DNA of 38,147 bases from a virus. Its lineage: Duplodnaviria > Caudoviricetes. Location: positions 1 to 38,147 of IMG/VR virus record IMGVR_UViG_3300017909_003696, one strand, 5' to 3'. Shown here one piece after another: positions 17,401 through 24,200 of this stretch. Each line of letters opens with the position of its first letter. Positions within the stretch are counted from its first letter, which is position 1. The notes under the pieces are model-generated. The model was not told the origin of the DNA, searched no databases, and was given only the letters and a program-made list of their open reading frames with translations. A program made the position numbers and the translations under genes.

Positions 17401-17941
17401 AAATCTAGGTACAACTACTTTTGAGACAGACTCAAACGGTCGACTTGTTATTAAAAGTGGAGGAGTTGTTACAGATAACATTGGGTCAAATGCAATAACT
17501 TCAACAGACAGCTCTCTAAATCTTGCGACTGCAAGTGCTCAGTACGCTAAATATCAACTGATTGGAAGTGTAGATATTAATTCTGCTGGTGGAGTTGTTC
17601 ATTTATGGCTTAGCTTTGACTATACTAGAGGACTTTCGAGCAAGAGCTCGGGCTTTATTGTAAGAATTACACAACAGTGCACAAGTATTCCAACAAATTT
17701 GGGTAACAGTAACTCTTCTGCCAATCCACCGGACGGGGGTAATTTAGTAACTCTTAAAACTGTAAACACTGTCTATTCAGGTACAAGTGGTAACAGCAGG
17801 GCGCCTATAACGTTATTTCATCAATTTACTTCTACTACAACAGGAGCGAATAAAATAAATGTTTATGCAAAAAATACTGGCGGTACAACAAGTGGAACCT
17901 ATGATAAAAGAGATGTAATGGTAATAGAGACAAAACGATGA
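11432..17941 (+). CDS. Baseplate hub protein fused to central fibre/spike (pb3-like N-part, lambda gpJ-like architecture)
   Basis: Hub motifs LPVVYG, YALCEG.I, NPA.QLLDYL...RYGRG, GDLIRLT; FN3-like domain from about aa 1397; then Gly-X-Y stretch, heptad coil, ITTGTL.A repeats and a C-terminal beta domain. Confidence 0.85.
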   Translation: MARSLNTTLRNSLLDGDSFVYAHLVKFERPKTFSSFSRKEAKDYLYLTDGSHDILFDDGSTDALNSANGTQTYIANKVKKVGAVSETTQARVTGVSLNISSTALSTAISSARLIISGSSITSDTDLVEAGFREGDTIQLLTTSGGNNTARVRINSFSNSNLTAAVTALDKVVNGDVTRITALTTEGSTPIASSGIVYSLNFASPEVEGVITPATANRYAKYINRDVFIYKAHLDSETGAIIGAPYLLFKGIVQSGKVSEDPNKESTVSWSLSSHWGDFSRVNGRITSDSAHRALGNDGQPDVNALIRPEYAGDFGFQHSEQSVNLVAKYNRREKAYKIKESGGWFFGLNKSYSTVEYYKDVETETDLSFNLNAKTLPVVYGVNKIDSIPVFVDTAASSSSKVFIAYALCEGPISAILDIYQDDTTTICINSPDATGRGDLADGVQDGLIPGSIDVPCVGRMDAGSVIRGYDVLDTSATPTVFGSHTNSFGQQSFSSNTGELNVHTEVSAFPLKTTFGQTYSTAGATNFTGIGSISGTLSGTNSGGTPIFTLFDKKGMHFETPIDLKLIFHSGKAFQDADSLLLFNSNNMKLGNDYHSGKPTEYWGAGHRLLDTAYVAGEFNISEGEVTIPSLDFVVRGKAVNCFNYDFTYRQHPDYISSNSLVPQGTENAELEVRSTADNSLLDTARLADKYTITDIDGGSVEVMRFVDKLNLGNVTSFYVMKAGQNNTKYYLRTFDDELTTNTVSTLLTEEITAASANSGNNGTNITKAGTSSNKVDAALSLGARFAIAPSHLNNDEKLLHTFTSYTYSSGNTINNVGQTASGASSLVGQDIIIKNAIALHSGATSSVVGSTIELTYNSYTDGSIRKMTREITAFDSTTKVALVDQDWDVIPLSGQSFKIFSDGGHDLRVTNNPAMQLLDYLTNERYGRGLDIDTDIDAESFFETARLCDTRSDVTILMDTNHNSSATQADFQDMIGTVYTCPGETSSDGGSSFSGINVPRAKDKWYGRVKSVTPINIGGNTTRYFKVVFEDCIGKLTHRYHNWKGYREGQLYYDANGNLGIVASDSTEEANPLSAPSPAPSSVSSNFILRLNKTTFGIAGGSGPNRIGVDTDKGRITFEGNPVVKDINVDSSGNIISISNGYSLYDSDDVKYWRYCGWEEQHQRWVTRHQTNHVINTATSIFDNINGMLGHFNGILRYSNGKYALGLKAGSDSNSFNTVSTGSNSYVIEDINEDDIIGSINVSDPGTKGTNNSVTLSLVDPQNKFESRSITLLNSEYLKEDKRIPRKGDVRAPGVTNYQNARINAKQYLDQSRKSLKINFTMGPRGVLLHSGDLIRLTYPRFNFSSKMFRISNLSIEENCLIKITAEEHDDDSYLIRADLPISILQEDPTFANFPTPAAPTALSASQNSRGGIDLTWSNTAQFNPAIFTVQIYRGVSNNRDASTTKLIGISKGSAFTDTITGEGQQTFYYWIRYQVLQPARTVDGIVPKEILSAYHPTSATAGVVGISDGAIDASNINLTNDNVTVTADQNGNVTSFANTGTAITVFIGTTQLAYDNSGAHDVNNSFRITHVASVGVTPDSSPSITSNSYALGNITAMSADVGSITYSIAVRDSLGRTVTYDRIQTFTKSSRGLTGPPGSSGATGPRTATGIIYYQVAATNAPSAPTASSFNFSSGAFSSLTSNWGKNAPTFAGSNQNKYWYAGFTVVESTFGGSQTISFGTVTQAIGFTGLVSFSDGNTFGDGTNQMSFGASGTTLINGGNITTGVINLGNSSGMAIRQGKTAFGQNTAGVFIGNDNGTAKLDIGTNASHIRWNGSTLSINGDITITSTQINNALGYTPTDDTAANAAQSSANTAQSTANTANSNAATAQSTANTALATANTANSNAAAAQSTANSKLSSADVTQSFIEGKITNAASFRSDIAAYAASNPSGFTTFAAGDVQSAISNNVTSISGSKITTGTLNAANVNIINLSASNINTGTLNAARINLGTTTFETDSNGRLVIKSGGVVTDNIGSNAITSTDSSLNLATASAQYAKYQLIGSVDINSAGGVVHLWLSFDYTRGLSSKSSGFIVRITQQCTSIPTNLGNSNSSANPPDGGNLVTLKTVNTVYSGTSGNSRAPITLFHQFTSTTTGANKINVYAKNTGGTTSGTYDKRDVMVIETKR
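16970..17128 (+). repeat. 21-nt (heptad) tandem repeat encoding an A-N-T-A-Q-S-T coiled coil, about 7.5 copies
   Basis: AANAAQS SANTAQS TANTANS NAATAQS TANTALA TANTANS NAAAAQS TANS. Confidence 0.9.
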
Positions 17942-18339
17942 ATTATATTATATATAAAGAAGCTACAGGAGAAATTGTAAGAGTAGGACACTGTACTAGT
18001 GATAATGACCATTTAGTACCTAGTAAGTGTGGGGAAGGAGAAAGTGTACTTGAAGGTTCCGTGTCCGATATAAGCACTCAAATGGTGAAAAATGGGGCTT
18101 TAGTAAGTAAGCCCCAAGATGAAATAGATGCAGCAGCAAGTGCAGAAGCTAATTCCAGAAATAGAATGGATAGAAATTTTGAACTAACGGCTACAGACTG
18201 GACTCAAGCATCGGATGCTCCACTTACAGATAGCAAAAAGGCTGAGTGGCGAAGTTACAGACAGGCGTTAAGAGACTTGCCAGCACATACAAACTGGCCT
18301 CTTCTTAATGAGGAAGACTGGCCAACTCCGCCCACATAA
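17938..18339 (+). CDS. Tail fibre assembly chaperone
   Basis: R..RN..L..TDWTQ..D.PL......W..YRQALRDLP...WP..P motif; ATGA overlap with the hub/fibre gene. Confidence 0.85.
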   Translation: MNYIIYKEATGEIVRVGHCTSDNDHLVPSKCGEGESVLEGSVSDISTQMVKNGALVSKPQDEIDAAASAEANSRNRMDRNFELTATDWTQASDAPLTDSKKAEWRSYRQALRDLPAHTNWPLLNEEDWPTPPT

Positions 18340-18342
18340 CCA

Positions 18343-18386
18343 TATAAAAAATAATTCTTGACTCCCCACGTCCCTTTTGTTATAAT
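18343..18386 (+). promoter_or_regulatory. Sigma70-type promoter (extended -10) heading the fibre cluster
   Basis: TTGACT (18358-18363), 17-nt spacer, TGn-TATAAT (18381-18386), upstream TATAAAAAATAATTC; GGAG SD before ATG 18407. Confidence 0.88.
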
Positions 18387-18406
18387 TTCATCATGGAGAA
18401 ATTGAA

Positions 18407-18757
18407 ATGAGTGCAGCAAATTATGATATCGTAATTGACCAAGGCTCAAACTTTGCTATAGACGTAGAGGTAAAAGAGTCTGGTCTTGTAAAGAACCTTG
18501 CCGGGTATGCAGCTCGTGCGTCCGTAAAAAGCTCCAAAAGTGCAACTACTAATGCTGCCACCTTTGACTGTACTATTCCTGTTCCTACAGATGGAAAAGT
18601 AAAAATGGAAATGGCTGCAAGTACTACCGCCAGTCTTTCCCCTGGTCAATATTTCTACGACTTAGAAATTCATACTTCCGATAATAGTATTGTAAAAAGA
18701 CTTATCGAAGGCACTGTTAATATCTCTGCGGGTATAACAGTAGGTGTAGCAAGCTAG
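18407..18757 (+). CDS. Collar / fibre-anchoring protein (T5 p132 / BppU-N-like Ig fold)
   Basis: I.IDQG..F, NL.GY.AR, G.V......T..L..G.Y.YDLEI, R.IEG.V.I...IT; position between central fibre and side fibres as in T5. Confidence 0.72.
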   Translation: MSAANYDIVIDQGSNFAIDVEVKESGLVKNLAGYAARASVKSSKSATTNAATFDCTIPVPTDGKVKMEMAASTTASLSPGQYFYDLEIHTSDNSIVKRLIEGTVNISAGITVGVAS

Positions 18758-19185
18758 TGGCAGAACTAGGCACTCAGGCCATAATAACTGAAGAAATTAC
18801 TACTCTTACAGTAGGTGGCGCAGATGCCGATGCAATTACTGTAAGTCTTTCTGGTGATGAAACCGAGCTTTCCGTAAATAATTTTGCTCTACCAGCACAA
18901 GTAGCTGCAGCTCAGATTGGTTTCGCACAATACGGCCAAATTGCAGGCCCCTCTATGCTAGAGGCCGTCAGACAACTAGCAGATTTAGCAATGTATAGAC
19001 AGGCTGCTACTCCTGTTGCGGGTCTTGGTGGCGCTTCCCTTAGTGAGGGAAATTTGTGGTATGATACTGCAAATAATCAACTAAAAGTATATCGCGAAAC
19101 TAGCACAGGGTTCTTTGAGTTCGTACCTATAATAGTAGGCAACATCTCACCAGATTCTGATACGCTAGATGCAGGAGCCTTTTAA
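18757..19185 (+). CDS. Putative fibre adaptor protein
   Basis: GTG start overlapping TAG; contains EGNLWYDT..NQLKVY module; ends TLDAGAF. Confidence 0.6.
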   Translation: MAELGTQAIITEEITTLTVGGADADAITVSLSGDETELSVNNFALPAQVAAAQIGFAQYGQIAGPSMLEAVRQLADLAMYRQAATPVAGLGGASLSEGNLWYDTANNQLKVYRETSTGFFEFVPIIVGNISPDSDTLDAGAF

Positions 19186-19204
19186 GGCCAACCGGAGTTC
19201 CTAA

Positions 19205-20950
19205 ATGGCTCAAACAATTCAAATTAAAAGAAGGTCTGGAAGTTCGGGAACTCCTAGTACAATGGCTTCGGGGGAGCTTGCGTATAATTCGCATTCAACT
19301 GAAGAAAAATTATTTATAGGAAGACCCGGCACCGAAGATGGAAATGGTAATACTTCTACTATTGACGTAATTGGCGGTAAGTACTTTACAGATTTAATGG
19401 ATCACACGCTGGGAGCTCTTACCGCATCCAGCGCAATTTTAGTTGATTCAAACAGTAAAATTGATAAGCTGCTTACGGGCAACATACGCATCAATGATAC
19501 TACAAATAAGATTGATACCTCTACAGGTAATCTTATATTAAATCCTGCCGCAAATCTTGATATCGAAGCAGGAACTGTTGATTTTTCTACTCAAGCAACA
19601 GAATTTTCTATTGCTGATAACTCAGCAACAGGCCTTACGATCAGCGAAGGTGCTAATAACTATGTTACTTTAGTTACTACTAATTCCTCTGAGCAAATTA
19701 AATTAAATAAACAACTGCATCTCGGTCTTAATGGAGCTGCGGGCTATACTTTTCCTACAGCCGACGCTACAACTACAGGACATGCTTTAGTTTCTGATGC
19801 TGCTGGAACACTTACGTTTCAGGCAGTATCAACAGTGCTTACAATATCGGATGATAATTCAGCGCAACAAGATCTTGCACAGCTCAATGGTGAGCTTAAA
19901 ATTCTTGGAACTAATCCGATTAATACAGCAGTTACTACTAGTGGAAATGATGTACTTCTCACTGTTAGTGCAACTGCGGCCACCCAGGGAGCAAATGCTG
20001 GAGCAGCTTCTCTGGGGATTGCTTCATTTAACAGCGCGGATTTCAGTGTCTCTGGAGGCTTTGTAAGCCTTGGCACAGTTCAAAACTTAAGTGTTGATAA
20101 TATAAATATTGATGGAAATGTAATTTCCTCTACTGATACTAATGGAAATATTTCTTTAAATCCAAACGGTACCGGTGTTGTAGATGTAAACTCCAGCCGA
20201 ATTACTAATGTTGTAGACCCTACTCAGGCGCAAGATGCAGCTACTAAAGCATACGTAGATGCTGTAAAACAAGCATTAGATATAAAAGACTCCGTTCGCG
20301 TTGCGACTCAAGCTAACTTTACCGCCTCCTATAATAATTCTGCGGGAACTCTTACTGCAACAGCTACGGGCGCACTCACTATTGATGGCATTGCTTTATC
20401 ACAAGGTGATAGAGTGCTTGTGCAGAATCAAACAAGTCAAGTTGAAAACGGCATCTATGAAGTAACAACTGTGGGCTCAGCAGATCCTGCAGTAAGTGCT
20501 GTTCTTACAAGGTCTTCCGACGCAAATGTGAATGCTGAAGTAACTGGGGGATTATTTGTATTTGTAGAAGAAGGCTCAGATGGAGATAACGGCTTTGTTC
20601 TTACAAATGTAACAGGAGAGGCAACTCTTGGTACAACTAATTTAGTATTTACTCAGTTTTCAGGTGCCGGTCAAATTGTTGCTGGTGACGCGCTCTCAAA
20701 AAGCGGTAACACGTTAAATGTAAACGATGATGATATTACATTAGAGGTATCAGCAGATGCTTTACGAATTAAGGGAATTTCAACAACAGCAATAGGTGAT
20801 TTACTTATTGGAGCAGCCTCTGATGCAGGCTATACTCGACTTGTAAAGCCATCCGGAGATGCAAGTACAACTAATCATGATTACATTCTAGCTATGAACG
20901 GCAGCGGAGCAGCTCAATGGTCTAATACGTTAGACGGCGGCACATACTAG
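19205..20950 (+). CDS. Tail fibre protein with Mtd_N-like N-terminus
   Basis: N-terminus IQIKR....P.....GELAY; neck-like RITNV.DP..AQDAATKAYVD; SVRVAT...IDG..L..GDRVLV.NQ....ENGIY domain; ends TLDGGTY. Confidence 0.78.
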   Translation: MAQTIQIKRRSGSSGTPSTMASGELAYNSHSTEEKLFIGRPGTEDGNGNTSTIDVIGGKYFTDLMDHTLGALTASSAILVDSNSKIDKLLTGNIRINDTTNKIDTSTGNLILNPAANLDIEAGTVDFSTQATEFSIADNSATGLTISEGANNYVTLVTTNSSEQIKLNKQLHLGLNGAAGYTFPTADATTTGHALVSDAAGTLTFQAVSTVLTISDDNSAQQDLAQLNGELKILGTNPINTAVTTSGNDVLLTVSATAATQGANAGAASLGIASFNSADFSVSGGFVSLGTVQNLSVDNINIDGNVISSTDTNGNISLNPNGTGVVDVNSSRITNVVDPTQAQDAATKAYVDAVKQALDIKDSVRVATQANFTASYNNSAGTLTATATGALTIDGIALSQGDRVLVQNQTSQVENGIYEVTTVGSADPAVSAVLTRSSDANVNAEVTGGLFVFVEEGSDGDNGFVLTNVTGEATLGTTNLVFTQFSGAGQIVAGDALSKSGNTLNVNDDDITLEVSADALRIKGISTTAIGDLLIGAASDAGYTRLVKPSGDASTTNHDYILAMNGSGAAQWSNTLDGGTY

Positions 20951-20958
20951 AACTCTTT

Positions 20959-20990
20959 TTCTCCCGCGTATATACGCAGATTTAGGAGAG
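20959..20990 (+). promoter_or_regulatory. Palindrome plus anti-SD in the leader of the 97-aa gene
   Basis: Perfect 12-bp palindrome GCGTATATACGC (20966-20977), flanked by TTCTCC (20959-20964) complementary to SD GGAGAG (20985-20990). Confidence 0.5.
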
Positions 20991-20994
20991 CCAA

Positions 20995-21288
20995 ATGGCA
21001 CAAACTATCAAATTAAAACGTTCTGCTACGGCAGGAAACGTTCCCACTACCTCGGATTTAGCTCTGGGCGAACTTGCTATGAATACTGCGGATGGCGCTA
21101 TATACATGAAAAAGAATGTTGGCGGCACAGAGTCTATTGAACACATCAATCGAGGAAAAGTATTTTTAACTCAAAGTCCAAATCCCCCATCAAATGCACA
21201 GGTAGGAGATATGTGGAGAGACTCTGATGATTTTAAAACTTTTATATATTACTCTGACGGTTCGTCGGCATTTTGGGTTCAAATATAG
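20995..21288 (+). CDS. Two-module fibre adaptor (Mtd_N-like + GDxW module)
   Basis: MAQTIKLKRS...P....L..GELA.N..DG..Y followed directly by P.PPS....GDMW.DS......IYY.DGSS..WV. Confidence 0.72.
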   Translation: MAQTIKLKRSATAGNVPTTSDLALGELAMNTADGAIYMKKNVGGTESIEHINRGKVFLTQSPNPPSNAQVGDMWRDSDDFKTFIYYSDGSSAFWVQI

Positions 21289-21297
21289 GAGTTTTAA

Positions 21298-24200
21298 ATG
21301 GCAATAAGTTTTCCTACAAGCCCTCAAAGTGGAGACGTAATAACTTCAGGAGATGTCTCTTGGACTTTTGATGGTGTTCGATGGAACCATAATATTAAAG
21401 GTTTAAGTGGTGTTGATTTTACTCTCTCCGCTGATTCTGGTTCAAATGATACTGTTACTCTTGGTGTAGATACTCTAAATTTTGAAGGAGGCACCGGTCT
21501 AAGCACTACCGTATCAAATAATAATATAAAGATAGACTTAGATAATACAGCTGTATCTGCTGGAGTCTATGGTAGTTCTAGTTCAATACCGCAAATCACT
21601 GTTGATGCTCAGGGCAGACTAACGAGTGTTAGTGCTGTTTCAAGTATTCCTACGGCAGAGCTAGGCGTAGAAAGCGCAACGCTTGCTGCCACTGCTATTA
21701 CAAATGGTACTGCTTACGGTATTAAAACTCTTGGTAATACTAATTTTGTATCTTTAGGTGCTCAAAGTGTAAATATATCTTCTACATCTAATCCTCAATT
21801 AGTAGAGACTCGTGAGTATATTATCACAAGTCTCGGTACTCCTGCGGCTGCAACTACTACTGCTGCGAATAAAGTTTATAAAATTGTAACTCTAGGTAAT
21901 ACAGACTTTACCACTATAGGAGCAAGTGCAAATACAGTTGGTGTTGGTTTTACTGCAACGGGAGCAGGCAGCGGAGACGGTACTGTTGTAGAGATTACTA
22001 ACTGGATTATTTTAGGAGCAGGAAGTCAAAGTGCTCCTCCTGCTGTGGGAGACAGATTTAGATCTAGGGGCACTGGAAATGCTAGCTATGGTACTGGAAC
22101 TGTTCTTGAAACGTTATTCACTGCAACAGGCGCAGGCTCAGGAACAGGCACTGTTTGTTTAGATACTACTCATTTTATAACTTTTGTAGACAGCACTTCA
22201 GGAACCTCAAAGATATTTGTAGAAAACGGACTCCAGTATAATCCTGGAAAAGGTACTATTTTTGCAAGTAATCTGGATGGTCAGTTTACAGGAAGATTTG
22301 AGGGCGTATTTAAAGGTTCTTTAGATACTGAAGTTATTGCGGGTCAAGCAACTTCATCTGCAACGGTTGATATTACTCAGCATGATGACGGAAATAAACC
22401 TAGCGGTGATAATTTATTTTTTGTAGGTATTGAGAGCGCTCTAAGTGGAGTAGGTCAGAGCCTGAAAGCTGACTCTCGTTTCTATTATAGTGAAGATGAT
22501 GATAAGTTTGTAGTAAATGCTATTTCAACTTCTGGAAATGTTGAAGTTGGTGGTAATCTTACTGTTACAGGAACAACAACTTTTAATGGCGGCACAATCA
22601 CTATGGGTGATGCTGCTACTGATAATGTTGTATTTGGTGCAGATGTAAATTCTAGTATTATTCCAAATACTGATGATACATACGATCTTGGTAGCTCTAC
22701 GCAAGAGTGGAGAAACTTATTTATTGATGGCACTGCAAACATTGATAGCCTAGTAGCTGATACAGTAGATATTAATGGGGGTACGATTGATGGCACAACC
22801 ATTGCGACCTCTGATATTACTGTAGGCTCTGGTAAAACTTTAGATGTTTCTCTAGGTACGCTTACTCTTGCGGATAATCAAATATCTGGCGATAAAATTA
22901 ATGCTGGTACAATTGATAATATAACTATTACTACTTTAGCGTCAACAACTGTAGATACAGAAAATATAGAAGTCTCTAACTTAAAAGCAAGAGATGGAAC
23001 CGCGGCAGGGTCTATAGCAAATAGCACCGGAAAAATAACTCTTAATGACGCTATTCTTACTACAGCAGACATTAATGGTGGTAATATTGATGCAACAGCT
23101 ATTGGGGTTAATTCACACAGTACTGGTAAGTTTACCACATTAGAGGCAACTAATTCAATTACTGGCGACTTAACTGGTGACGTAACAGGAGGATTAACTC
23201 TTGGAGGCTCTGACACTTTAGATGTTTCTGCAGGTACGCTTACTCTTGCGAATAATCAAATATCTGGTGATAAGGTGGATGGAGGAGCCCTCAGCTCTGT
23301 TACCATTGATGCCGAGTTAAATACAATAAGTAATTTAGATGTTGACGATCTTAAGTCAGGCGTTCTAGATACTGATCTAAACTCTGTATCCTCAAACGAT
23401 GATACTCTTGCTTCCGCAAAAGCAGTAAAAGCCTATGTTGACTCTAATATCACTACACAGGACTTAGATTTTGTAGGAGATGATGGAACTGCTAGAAGTG
23501 TTGATTTAAACTCTCAGTCTCTGACTATCGCGGGCGGCACAGGTCTTACAACAGTAGGAAGCGGTCAAACTCTTACTGTAAACTTAGCAGCAGCTAGCGG
23601 TGGTGGTATAACTGTAAATGCTAATGATATACAAGTTGATGATACCGTTGTAAGAACAAGTGGTGCTCAAAGTATTGGCGGCAATAAGACCTTCAGCAAT
23701 GATATTCAAATTGATGGAAACCTAACAGTAGGAGGCACAACTACAACTATTAATTCAACTGTTGTTTCTGTTGCGGATCCTGTTTTTGAGATAGGAGACG
23801 ATAGCTCTGATGATAACTTAGATCGTGGTATTAAGTTTAAATATAATAGTGGAATTTCTCCTCAAATTGGATTCTTTGGGTTTGATGACTCTAAAAATAA
23901 ATTTGTAGCACTAAGAAACGCTACTGATTCTTCTTCTGTTTTTAGCGGAACTGCACTGGATGCAGAGTTTGGGGCTATAGATACTGCGGGGCTAACCGGC
24001 ACTCAATCAATAACGGCGGCAACGGGCGGATTAATACTACGTCACTCTGATAACACGGTTGTTTTGAGAACTACTCAGGGAGGCAACTTTTTAAATAACC
24101 CTGTCTTTTATGGGAATATATCAAACCAGGATGGTACCACCGTAGCTTTATCTGTTAGAACCGGGGACCCGCAAGGAACTGTTCCGTTTCTAGAAGGAAG

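Noticed and set aside
19205-21288. Diversity-generating retroelement suggested by Mtd_N-like domains
   Set aside because: No reverse transcriptase, no C-type-lectin variable region and no template/variable repeat pair with adenine-specific mismatches seen in the window.
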